This document shows positions 41,701-51,627 of a DNA stretch of 64,000 nucleotides, piece by piece. Position 1 is the stretch's first letter, and each line of letters opens with the position of its first letter. A program made the position numbers and the translations under genes. Location of the stretch: NCBI GenBank assembly GCA_965235115.1, contig OZ249436.1, positions 9,984,001 through 10,048,000 on the forward strand. Direction: 5' to 3'. This DNA comes from Laetmonice hystrix (taxonomy: Eukaryota). The notes beneath the pieces were generated by a model that saw only the letters and a list, made by a program, of their open reading frames with translations, was not told the DNA's origin and did no database searches.

Positions 41701-44700
41701 TCACAGTAGTGGTTGCAATTAAATGTCCCCCCATTCCAAAAAGTCATATGTCGAACATGACAATCATGTCAAAATCACCGACTTTAGCAGCGCAGCCATT
41801 GTGGCACTGTTTGGAAGTCTGTTGACGTCACAGTGTCTTATAGTTGCAGTCTATATCTATTCACGCATGCGCATGCTGCTGTCTGCCAGCAAGGGGGTAG
41901 CCTGGTCCCCTGTGCCTACCATACGCATCCGCTATGTTAGGCCAGGGGCTGGCTGACCAAAAGCCGCGAAACGGAAATGATTAAACTCCAAGCACTTCCG
42001 CTTCCGTTCCGTTGGTCAGCGTTAACATAGTGACCGACTTCTGCTTGGAGCGTGGCCGGGAGTGGCCAACATGCCCATGTGTATGCAGACCGTAGCAGGT
42101 GTGGGGACCGATGACGCTATGTTTACATCCAGAAAAGCGAGGACATTTAACACTTGTATTTTAAAGGGAAATATCTGTATCTTGCTGGAGAAATATGGAG
42201 GGTACGGAACTACCTCGTTTGCGTCCATGTTTTCGATGGGCCAATCACAATGCTCGCTTCGATTAGCCTTCACCAGGCTCAATATACGTAGTCAATATAG
42301 AGCTGGGGACCAGGCTAGCAAGCGGGTAGACCGATCCTGAATTGTTGGTGGGCCAAGAGCACAGGGCTAAGCTAGAGGCGGCCAGGGTGGGTAGGTGATG
42401 GGGGGGGGGGGGGGGTCAGTCCCACGAGAGGCTGGACGAGTAGGCCTAGCACACAGACAGGGAGGGATTCAGGGGGTCGCCGATGGTGAGGGAGCGCCTG
42501 GGTGTCCCAGCATGCGCGTGTTGACGGGTGACTCCAGCCTTTCGGCCACCAGTCGGCCTATACGACTTATCGCCATCGGGTAAATCGATGTCGGCTAAAC
42601 CCAACAGTCAAGACGCAACAGGTCTGCTCACTGCTTGGATCTCAGTACCCGTTCATAGTCAGGGTGGGGGCCCTGCAGCCGGGCTGAGCTCCGTCAACAT
42701 CACACCTCCGAGCGTAGTTATGAATTAAATACACGTGTCCGAAACCCACGGCGGCCCAAATCCGTGTCCACCCTGATATATCCTGCACCCGATGTCGGTA
42801 GGTTTAATTACTAGCGACTCCTCATCACTATCGATGGTTGGTTCTTAGAAATATGGCTAAGCTGCCAACATTCGCTACCTTCCGAATCACTCAACGCCAC
42901 ATGTGTGTAGGTTTTTAGAGCAGTCCGGCTGTGATTGGTCAGACACTGTGACGTCAAGTTAGCAGACGCTATGACGGCATCCACACGCTGAGCAGGCTGG
43001 CACTAAACTGCTTAGGCCTATATCTGAACTATTTGAACTCCAATTGTGCTCACGGCCTTTGTGTCTGGCCATGTGCCTTTTCTTTTAATAACGGACGAAA
43101 AACGTCTTTAACGCATGCTATACTGGTGCCAAGAGAATCACTGGAGATTGTGTTGTTAAATCCAATGCGTCTAATAATAGACTGAAGCGGGTGTAATGAA
43201 TGTGTTACAATGTTTCCTTATACAACCACCTATAGAAGAGCATTCTGATGTTCTGACCTGCTGACGTAAAGATGGCCCGAAGCATGCAGTCTGAGCGGCG
43301 GGGCCCGCGAGTGTCGGAATAAAACACGACCACCATAGTGGGACCCGTCGACGTCAACGTCATCTTCTGGACTTTTTCTGATGCCCCACAGTACGGGCCT
43401 GTTGGCCAACAACAACCACATACATACAACATGCCACACAATGTTACCAGGGGACACTCAAACCAACCAATCGTTATGTATGTACTGGAGGATACAGTCG
43501 TGGCTCGCTACAGAATCACAATCTTATAAAGAACACAGGGAAATTTACGAAAACAGCTTTCGAATCGTGGAAAGGTTTTGGCGCTGCCAAACGATTTCTC
43601 GGCGTCTGTAAGTTGATCCCGTATTCAAGTCTCAGACATACCTGGCAGTTTGTGACAGGTTGTCACCGACTTACTTTTGACAGGAGCCATCGTTGTGTTT
43701 CCATCATACCTGGCAGTTTGTGACTGACAAGTTTTCACCGACTTACCTTTGACAGGAGCCATCGTTGTGTTTCCATCATACCTGGGAGTTTGTGACTGAC
43801 AAGTTTTCACCGACTTAGCTTTGACAGGAGCCATCGTTGTGTTTCCATCATACCTGGGAGTTTGTGACTGACAAGTTTTCACCGACTTACCTTTGACAGG
43901 AGCCATCGTTGTGTTTCCATCATACCTGGCAGTTTGTGACTGACAAGTTTTCACCGACTTACCTTTGACAGGAGCCATCGTTGTGTTTCCATCATACCTG
44001 GCAGTTTGTGACTGACAAGTTTTCACCGACTTACCTTTGACAGGAGCCATCGTTGTGTTTCCATCATACACAACAAGGCCGTCGGACACACAGGTGTCGC
44101 CATGGGGCGGCACGTCGATGTCGAGGAAGGACATGCTGATCCTTGACCCCGGCTGACCTCTGATGGTCCACTTACAATACAAACCTGGAGAGAGAAAGGG
44201 ATCGCTCCAGGTGTGTAAGGCTACATGTAATAATAACTAATTCAATTTTCGATAAAACGATGATCAATTCAATTTTTACTTGTATATAATTATTATATGG
44301 GGGTGGAGTCGGGGGAAGATAGCCCCTTATATTGTATGGTTTCCCTCGTTCACGACTTCCGAACACACCCCTGCCGGGAGGCGAGTGATTTACCTGCACC
44401 ATATCCAGGGTTTGTCTTGTCATAGGTTGTCTCGGAGACCATCACTACTACTGGCTGATCGGGAAGTACCACGTTATTCTCCAGGGCAACTCTGTCGGTC
44501 CGCGAGGAAAACCACGGCCGGTAACACCCAGACAGAACCGGATTCCAGTCTGGTCAATTAATACAGAGAACCACAATGCACTTCGTACTGCTACAGCACT
44601 CCTATTTTTGTATACTACTATGTAAGCCCAAGCTGGTACCTCAGGACCTGTGTCAGTAAGTCTACGTTCGCCTTCCAGTTTGGCGACTTCTATGTGTTCT

Positions 44701-47700
44701 GCTATGTTCACGACATAATTTAGTAATTTGTGTGCGTGTTTGTGTGGGTGTGTGTGTGGGTGTGTGTGGAGGGGCATAATTAGTTCCAAGGTTCTTATAA
44801 ATACGTAAACTCTTGGGTTTTTTTTGGCGGGAGAAAATGATCATTAGGAAAATAGGACTTCCTTAGTATCGGTATACACAAAAACAATGAATTTACCTTT
44901 GGCACCATACGTAGCCTCAAACCTGAACCGACTGTCCCGCCTGGTACTTGTAACCTTGACGACCAGTTGAAATCCCGTGGCTACAAGCTGGTCACTATAT
45001 GTGCTGTCATTGATGGAACGGTCAACCCTGTTTGTGGAAAACTCGGAATATCCGTCATATATCTGCAAGAACAAGGTCGCTTGTACAGATGAACACAACA
45101 GCATAAAATTGTTCGATGCATCTAAAGATTTTAGCACTAAAATCTTCTGCCCACCCATAGACTGCATGGCCCTGGTACCAGCAGTCTTTAACACGGCTCG
45201 GTGTATTTACCTGTAGGGTCGCTGAGACTGAGGCGGACATTGTCCACTCCAGGCCGAGCGTGTCTCCGACGGGGACCTGGACACGCCACACGTGGACGTT
45301 AGAGTTGATGGTTTCCATGGTAACCGGCGAGGTGGACGCCGAGAAACTAGACAGGTTCTGCTATCCCGGTTCCGTCTCCGGCTCCGGCTTAGCACCGCGT
45401 CGCGTCATCAGAAAATACCGTGACGTCATCGATACGCGCGTATTTGAAGCTGAGCCGTTCCCGGGTCCCGAGATAGATCGGCTCTGTCCCGTAAGTGTCT
45501 AACGGCGTAGGGTTTTCCTCGATTTCTTCTTTCCATGAGTTGACACAATGGATTTGAAGTGTCAAGTAGTTGGATTAATATTTGAAGACTTTAGTGAATC
45601 GGCTGTCCGCACATATCTCGTGGTATTTTCAACTATTTTGGTCATAAAGTGATGTGCTGTTTTGCCTTCACTGCAGCTAGGCCGTGTCATCGCATGGCGT
45701 TCGCAGGGCGACACAATCTGTCAGAGCAGCCAACTCGACCAAAGTCAAATCACCCGCCATATGTAATTCACTCTTGTTTTTGTTGTTGTTATGTTGTTGT
45801 CAGGGCCGTAGCCTGCGGGGGGGGGGCAGGGGGGGGGCAGCTGCCCCCCTGGGTTTTTTCAGTTTTTTTGTGTTTTTTTAACCCACACCCCGGGCCAGCT
45901 CGACCGGCGCAATGATGCGCCATCACTTGGCAGGCCTACTGCCCCCCCCCCCCCCCCCCCCCACGCATTTGGGCCAGGCTACGGCCCTGGTTGTTATGGT
46001 AACCTGGCCACTTCCTATTACGCGGCGGCACCGGCGTAGCAGAACCAAAATACGACGTTCCGTCTCCGGCTCCGAGATCGGCATAGCCGATCCCGGAGCC
46101 GGAGACGGAACGGGATAGCAGAACCTGTCTACTGCCGCTTCGTCCGCGGACGACGGACACTGGGTTCACTAGGCGGCGCCTGGCGGGGTCTGCGTTACCA
46201 GAGACGAGGTTACAAGTGTTTTAGTCGAGCCGTCGTGTACTTTTGGGCCACCGTATTACGTACATCAAATCATTTTTTGGGGTGGGGTGGTTTTTCATTG
46301 ACTTGATCTGCAAGTTTATAGAGTCTAGGTATATCAGAACTACAGGGCGAGACTTACTTATAGAGTTGTACGTAAACACTATCTTATGACGCGAACTAAT
46401 CCAGTTGACATTGTCAAGACGAATCCGAAGGTTATTGGAGGATGACGTCACAGACCACGAGACCTGTCTACCACAAGCTCGGATCAGGACGGGGTCGTCT
46501 TCACGGGAGCCATTGGTGACCGCGAACGCTCCATTTTCACAGTATGGACCTGTTGTCAAATCAGCCATAGTCGTGTTGTCATAATCATTTAGGGGGACGG
46601 AGATGGCTTATTGAAATAATACTCGTGCCATATTTAAACCATTTTATGTTTGATATACAGAAGTTTTATATCACTGCCAAAATATCAAAGTGTGAGCGGC
46701 CATTGAGGAGCGTAATGTCTTACCGGTATCTTCCATGTTAAACTGAGTCACAGTAAAGTTGACGTAGAGACCGCGTCTGACGGAGATGATCCACTGACAG
46801 CCTGACTCAGAGGGTGGACCGTCCGAGATCTCCACGCTACCACAGTCAGCCGTGAAGGTCTTCGGTGTGCCACAGCCAGACTCACCCACGCCACGGCCAC
46901 ACGCTGCGCAAACACCAAACAGCTACGTCAAACTACGTCATGATCACCGGGGATTCATGAAATAAATCGGCATCAAAAACGGCTACGTCAAACTACGTCA
47001 TAATCACCGGGGATTCATGAAATAAATAGGCATCAAAATACTCCTGAGGTAGCAAATGGTCTCTGGAATAATGAGTGAAGAAATGATTTTTTTTGCATTC
47101 AACCATTTGCATTGTTAAACCGTATACCCCACAGAGAAAACTGAGTATAACGTACAGTCGGCGGTGTAGGCAAGCTGGAATCCGCCAAGGTTCACGGAGC
47201 CGTCTGTTGTAAAGATGACGACAGCAGACGACCCGGATGTAGATACAGGTCGGCTTTATTAACATCGTAGAAAAAGTTCGGTCAAGTCCGTCATTTCTAA
47301 CAGATAACTTAAAGAGGCTAAGCCTTTTCAAAGCTTGCAATGGTCTAATCAAAACTGAGGACTCTAGACTCAATGTAGAAAAAAGCTCGCTAATAAAAGA
47401 TAATAATTGATCATGATATATTAAAAGGGGACCATATATACAGACTGAGACCAGCGTTTTTTAATTATGTTTTCTTTAAAACGATTTATTTGACTATCAA
47501 CGAATACATTATAGATGTTGAAGCGTTCAGACAGGACGTCCGACCTTGTGTTTATGTATACATGTCATGTACCTGAGTACGACGTCTGTTCGGTTGTCAG
47601 TGAGTGTTCCACAGATAGGACCCAGCAGGATGGTACGGGTGGCGGCATTCACGCCATCCAGAACAGTCAGAGAATCAAACACACAATCTTTGCTTCTCTC

Positions 47701-50700
47701 CAGATCGAGACTCTTGATACTGTCAGGATAAGATCAACTCACACTGGGATGACCAGACTACAAAACTTCCACAACTCCAGAACATCATTAAACGCTTTCA
47801 TGTCTATATTTGATGTCTCTAGCCCGTTTTGTATACAACAAAGTTTTAAAAACTGAACAGGTCGAGTGTGATTCAACTAAAAATCCCAATAGTTGAGGGA
47901 TTGTGCAGGAGTGGGTGAGTTGGACGTACGTTATGGCGACAGTTTTTGCGGGACCCACAGTGATGGTCCAGTGACAGCGGGTGTTGGGAGGGTATGACCT
48001 AGGGTAGAGAGGGGAGGCGATCTCACCCTCCGGACCCGACAGGTCGGTGCTCCCACATCGATTCCACACCTCGCCCTCCACAACTGCAATCAATAATCAA
48101 TCAATCGGTAGAATGAATACATTGTGGGGACCAGAGAGATGACTGTGTTGAACGACGGAAATGTCAACGATGACAACATGATAACCCAATTTAAAATCGG
48201 AATAATTATGAATGGAATGACGGGACAACACTTTTTTTTTTTTTACATAAATACGAAGTTACTGCCATGGGTGACTGGAGAGCATTAATTTTATTGTCTG
48301 GTGTGAAGCGTGGGCCGGTTTCTTTGTCACATTTGAGACCTCCAAAATAGTCACCGTCCTTGCCTAACCATTTTGTGTGTAGGCAGCTGGACAGTCCATT
48401 CATTGCTCAAGTTAGGCAAGGGACTTGCCCAGCGGCTGAGAAATCGTCCCAATATCTGATATATCTTTGAGTAGCATGCAACTGAAATAAACAGCAAAAA
48501 AAAATCCATTTGCTAATATATATTGTATCCATTATCCAACGTATCCAAGTATTCTTACGTGTTATTTCACAGAGCTTCCCCACGTGTCCAGAGGTGCAAT
48601 TGCATGTGAATTCTTCCTTCTGTTGTCCGACATAATAACACGTGCCGTTATTTTGACACGGGTTTGGGTCGCACTGCAATGTATCTGAATCATATAACAG
48701 CAATGGAAGACGATTGATAAATCAAAAGGCAGCGACAATTATCGTACTCCACTTTCCGTAGCTGATGTTCACAACTTATATCAGAGGACACTTTTCATCA
48801 ATGATATCCTTTGAGATGTTCTTTTCCCGCCAGTACACGACAGGTACATGACGTCAAATCGAACCAGACGCGGACAGTGTTGATGAAGTTATTGCGTGCT
48901 AAACGAAGCAATGTTGAATGCGGTTTTGTGAGAAGCGAATGATCAGTAGGCATTAATTGGCCAAATTGTCAGACGGCGGAGACGATTTTGTCGCATCCAT
49001 CTTGATGACACTCTGCTTCTGGCCTTAAGATGTCGACAAGGTGCGGTAAGTATAATGTATATGTCGATACTGGTCACCAGTACTTGTACTTTAATTACTC
49101 GCCCCGACTCACCTTCGCAGACATAGCCCTGGATCTCGAGACCTGGGTTGACACCACAACGATAATCTCTCCACACGTACTCGTCCAAGGTGACCTTCCT
49201 TTTGTGCCAGAATCGGTAGTTGGTAATAATGGCGCAGTCCTCGGCCTGACCGGCGTCGTCCGGCTCGCCCGGATACCAGTAGTGCCATTCACTACTCGGG
49301 AGGTTCATGGCACTACCGTCCACCCAGCGCCACTCCCCTTCTGGTAGGACACAGACACAGTCACAGACACAGACACAGACACAGACACAGACACACCCAC
49401 ATACACAGACACAGACACCCCCACAGACACAGACACAGACACCCACACAGACACAGACACAGACACCCACACAGACACAGACACAGACACCCACACAGAC
49501 ACAGACACAGACACAGACACAGACACAGACACCCACACAGACACAGACACAGACACAGACACAGACACAGACACAGACATAGACACAGACACAGGCACAG
49601 ACACAGGACAGCGACAAAAAGCTTGTTTATTCACTTTTAACTGAAGGACATTCTATAGTTTCGTTCCTCATCATACCGCGTACAGAGACAGCCAGAAAAA
49701 CTTTAGAAAAGAGTATGAAGTTTACTAGGTGGGCGTCGTTGGGGGTGGGGGTGGGGGTGGGGGTGGGGGTGGGGGTGGGGCTGGGGGTGGGGGGCAAAGG
49801 ACGAAATTCCGTAATGTGTCGAACAAGTGAACAGATAAACGTATAGCTATACAAGGAGCAGGTCCAGACTCTTTAGTTCTACCTCATGATAATAACTATA
49901 GCCACGCAAGTATTGGTCTGTGTCAGTTTAACGAAATATTATATTGCTGTCATGACATTGTCACTGTAAATAGTCCTGTACGCACAAAATAAAATAGAAA
50001 AAAAGAAAGTCAACTGAAAGCTAAAACATATATGTCAAATTCTATAGCGTATACTTTAAGTCGTAACGCTCAAGGTCCTGCTTGGCCAAGCCCTACCTTC
50101 GACCCTGTCAGAACCACCGAAGAAGGCACTCAAGGTGCGCCTGCGCAGTACCCTTGTACTTATAAACTCCTGCTCAGCCTGACTATTCACACTGAGGAGA
50201 AGGGCACCTCTCTCCCGACATGCATCGCGCGATCCTTCCCATGTAATTGATTGGTCAGCAAAGAACTTGTATGTATGGCCATGGTAATCAACCCATTCAT
50301 CCGACCACACGAAGTCCGCTGAAACAGCAAACAATAGCATTTTCTTATACACAAGTTTTACGCATATTTAGTATATGTGGTACAGTACAAGGAAGAACTG
50401 CCTTGTTTCTTAACCGCCCAAGAAAGGAAGTCAGAAAGGAAGGTTCGTATATCGCCTCGAACATCTACCATTATAGAGGTGGAACCGTTGAGACAGAGGT
50501 CGGGAACGGACCATGAGCTCAGTGGGAAGACCTTGTTCCATTTAATCCTTTACCACGTTTTATTAATTCACAATTGAAAAGGAAAAAAAGTCGTATTGAC
50601 CGCAAACAAATAAGTGAATAAGATCATGGTTGTCAGCATTGATTTCCAATAACTCGACCGGCCCTATACTGGGAGGGTTCATGCCTTTATAACACGGCAC

Positions 50701-50928
50701 CATCGTCTGATGCCAGAGCTCTGTGTCTGGCTATATGCCTTAAAATAAAAACGTCCTCAAATTGACGTCATGACGTACGTCTACAAGCCGGGTAATAGTC
50801 AACACAACAATTTTCAAACTGGTCGCAAGCCGAGTTACAGTAGCACGGGTGTCCTGGGACGTACGACTCATCACACCGACCCCGACACAATGAATAGTCG
50901 ATGGGAGGCGACGATGTCAACTCCTGAC
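29651..50928 (-). CDS. GRL101: GRL101/RXFP-like LRR-containing GPCR with SMB, 3 C-type lectin, EGF, 5 CUB, 7 LDLa, about 6 LRR and 7TM; 35 exons, about 2100 codons, 5' end missing
   Basis: All exons join in phase with GT-AG. LGR hinge [25 protein letters not shown]1 GNLFV, TM2 [18 protein letters not shown]3 GDRLYAI, TM7 [12 protein letters not shown]; stop TGA 29651-29653. Confidence 0.9.
29992..30137 (-). CDS. GPCR exon: TM6 end and TM7
   Basis: [27 protein letters not shown]. Confidence 0.94.
30192..30513. mobile_element. MITE with 6-bp TSD
   Basis: TIR CAGACCTGCCAAA; ACCTGG duplicated on both sides. Confidence 0.8.
30709..30838 (-). CDS. GPCR exon: ICL3 and TM6
   Basis: [24 protein letters not shown]. 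Confidence 0.93.
31031..31406. repeat. About 25-bp minisatellite containing an exon end and donor, about 15 copies
   Basis: Minus unit TTTATTTTCATAGCCGTCGG|GTAAG. Confidence 0.95.
31386..31494 (-). CDS. GPCR exon: ECL2 and TM5
   Basis: [40 protein letters not shown]. Confidence 0.93.
31762..32799 (-). CDS. GPCR exon: LRRs, hinge and TM1-TM4
   Basis: LxxLxLxxN repeats, FCC/SSCEDL hinge, rhodopsin-family TM1-4. Confidence 0.96.
32969..33079 (-). CDS. GPCR exon: LDLa7
   Basis: [34 protein letters not shown]. Confidence 0.88.
33075..33186. repeat. 29-bp repeat containing an acceptor, 4 copies
   Basis: Minus unit AATGACATCTTTGTTCCCAAACAG|GCCTT. Confidence 0.92.
33273..34145. repeat. 41-bp minisatellite containing a donor, about 21 copies
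   Basis: Minus unit TGTCACG|GTAATGTGCTACAGATAATCCACACTGCATGCGG. Confidence 0.95.
34138..34269 (-). CDS. GPCR exon: LDLa6
   Basis: [34 protein letters not shown]. Confidence 0.9.
34577..34798 (-). CDS. GPCR exon: LDLa5 (atypical, GRL101-type)
   Basis: [37 protein letters not shown]. Confidence 0.85.
34878..35606. repeat. G-rich 33-bp minisatellite, about 22 copies
   Basis: GGGAGGGAGGTAGAAGCGTCAGGAGTCGGGGGT. Confidence 0.95.
35627..35743 (-). CDS. GPCR exon: LDLa4 (atypical)
   Basis: [32 protein letters not shown]. Confidence 0.85.
35830..35952 (-). CDS. GPCR exon: LDLa3
   Basis: [32 protein letters not shown]. Confidence 0.92.
36122..36229 (-). CDS. GPCR exon: LDLa2
   Basis: [35 protein letters not shown]. 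Confidence 0.92.
36365..36646. repeat. AT-rich 58-bp repeat, about 5 copies
   Basis: TACATTGTGTTTTATTATGTGAGATATTTGTTGATATAAATTCTATGAATGTTTATAA. Confidence 0.93.
36661..36780 (-). CDS. GPCR exon: LDLa1
   Basis: [34 protein letters not shown]. Confidence 0.92.
36896..37013 (-). CDS. GPCR exon: C-type lectin-like 3 part b
   Basis: Phase 0-1; EC..YNVLCQ; A|GTAAGT. Confidence 0.75.
37237..37523 (-). CDS. GPCR exon: C-type lectin-like 3 part a
   Basis: [33 protein letters not shown]. Confidence 0.85.
37697..37756 (-). CDS. GPCR small linker exon (optional)
   Basis: 60-bp open phase 1-1 segment with tttcag acceptor and G|GTCAGT donor; no domain motif. Confidence 0.55.
   Translation of the reverse strand, partial: VTKKLTKPTLYNNIRRKDT
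37912..38157. mobile_element. MITE
   Basis: 33-bp perfect TIR CTGCCGTGAAATGACAAAAGGAAGCAAGTCCAA. Confidence 0.85.
38213..38469 (-). CDS. GPCR exon: C-type lectin 2 part c
   Basis: [27 protein letters not shown]. Confidence 0.88.
39090..39214 (-). CDS. GPCR exon: C-type lectin 2 part b
   Basis: [27 protein letters not shown]. Confidence 0.88.
39695..39897 (-). CDS. GPCR exon: C-type lectin 2 part a
   Basis: [45 protein letters not shown]. Confidence 0.88.
39995..40115 (-). CDS. GPCR exon: CUB5 part c
   Basis: [28 protein letters not shown]; phase 0-1. Confidence 0.75.
40277..40748. repeat. Compound 71-bp and 82-bp repeat derived from an exon 3' end
   Basis: Exon-end equivalents at 40678, 40607, 40536 and 40465 (71-bp period), then an 82-bp period from 40277. 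Confidence 0.92.
40678..40781 (-). CDS. GPCR exon: CUB5 part b
   Basis: [43 protein letters not shown]; phase 1-0. Confidence 0.7.
40963..41138. mobile_element. MITE
   Basis: Inverted arms TATCCACTAAGCCGATTT..CCTTGC. Confidence 0.7.
41302..41517 (-). CDS. GPCR exon: CUB5 part a
   Basis: [29 protein letters not shown]. Confidence 0.82.
41898..42317. mobile_element. MITE (TA-flanked)
   Basis: TAGCCTGGTCCCC ... GGGGACCAGGCTA. Confidence 0.7.
43258..43398 (-). CDS. GPCR exon: CUB4 end
   Basis: [19 protein letters not shown]. Confidence 0.88.
43637..44069. repeat. 72-bp repeat containing an exon end and donor, about 6 copies
   Basis: Unit translates openly as [24 protein letters not shown]. 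Confidence 0.95.
44035..44184 (-). CDS. GPCR exon: CUB4 middle
   Basis: [34 protein letters not shown]. Confidence 0.9.
44394..44549 (-). CDS. GPCR exon: linker and CUB4 start
   Basis: Open 156-bp phase 1-1 exon [25 protein letters not shown]. Confidence 0.7.
44897..45062 (-). CDS. GPCR exon: CUB3 part b
   Basis: [26 protein letters not shown]. Confidence 0.85.
45211..46189 (-). CDS. GPCR exon: CUB3 part a, interrupted by a MITE at 45350-46129
   Basis: Removing the element and one TA restores [36 protein letters not shown] (197 bp, phase 1-0). Confidence 0.75.
45350..46129. mobile_element. 780-bp MITE with TA TSD inserted in a coding exon
   Basis: About 37-bp TIR GACAGGTTCTGCTATCCCG(G)TTCCGTCTCCGGCTCCGG; TA at 45348-49 and 46130-31. 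Confidence 0.9.
45801..45989. mobile_element. Nested hAT-like MITE
   Basis: 15-bp perfect TIR CAGGGCCGTAGCCTG; 8-bp TSD GTTGTTGT/GTTGTTAT. Confidence 0.8.
46358..46549 (-). CDS. GPCR exon: CUB2 part b
   Basis: [37 protein letters not shown]. Confidence 0.85.
46724..46903 (-). CDS. GPCR exon: CUB2 part a
   Basis: [33 protein letters not shown]. Confidence 0.85.
47156..47253 (-). CDS. GPCR exon: CUB1 part c
   Basis: [26 protein letters not shown]; weak AAG acceptor. Confidence 0.8.
47573..47719 (-). CDS. GPCR exon: CUB1 part b
   Basis: [26 protein letters not shown]; phase 2-2. Confidence 0.88.
47930..48083 (-). CDS. GPCR exon: CUB1 part a
   Basis: [32 protein letters not shown]. Confidence 0.9.
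48559..48684 (-). CDS. GPCR exon: EGF domain
   Basis: [27 protein letters not shown]. Confidence 0.92.
49113..49340 (-). CDS. GPCR exon: C-type lectin 1, C-half
   Basis: [44 protein letters not shown]. Confidence 0.92.
49348..49606. repeat. (ACAGAC)n microsatellite abutting an acceptor
   Basis: Seen directly. Confidence 0.95.
50097..50318 (-). CDS. GPCR exon: C-type lectin 1, N-half
   Basis: [40 protein letters not shown]. Confidence 0.9.
50779..50928 (-). CDS. GPCR exon: somatomedin-B domain
   Basis: [35 protein letters not shown]; phase 1-1. Confidence 0.88.
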
Positions 50929-51280
50929 CTGAAACACGGTATAATGGAATCGTATTTTTACAACGGCAATAGTCCGCCAAGTTCCGATGTGTCACACAAA
51001 CTTTTAAACCTATTGACAAAAATGTCGCACTTGGACGATTTATCAGCGCACTCCATGCCGTCCCCTAAAGGATGTCTTTACGGCCTGTTCTGTATTCACC
51101 CACCGACCGTTAGCAGCCAGATTCGATGAAAGGATCTGGCAGTCTATCTTCAGGTATTCAATGGCATGCTTTCGGGGAAGTCCACATGCACTGAAGATCA
51201 GAGCTTGGGTCTTTTCTTTGTCGTGCAAATCCGAAGAGATTCCTAAAGTTAATAAGTGCTACAAAGTTCCCGCACTGAGA

Positions 51281-51627
51281 GAGGACTTGTGGTATAAGAC
51301 CTCGGTATATTAGAGGACTTGTGGTATAAGACCTAGGTATATTTGAGACTTGTGGTATAAGACCTAGGTATATTAGAGACTTGTGGTATAAGACCTAGGT
51401 ATATTAGAGACTTGTGGTATAAGACCCAGGTATATTAGAGGACTTGTGGTATAAGACCTAGGTATATTAGAGGACTTGTGGTATAAGACCTAGGTATATT
51501 AGAGGGCTTGTAGTATAAGACCTAGGTATATTAGAGGACTTGTGGTATAAGACCTAGGTATATTAGAGGACTTGTGGTATAAGACCTAGGTATATTAGAG
51601 GACTTGTGGTATAAGACCTAGGTATAT
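51281..51627. repeat. 32-bp minisatellite, about 11 copies
   Basis: AGAGGACTTGTGGTATAAGACCTAGGTATATT. Confidence 0.95.

Noticed and set aside
48943..49634. Long CV, SV and TQ repeat ORFs
   Set aside because: Microsatellite translation; only 49113-49340 is exon.
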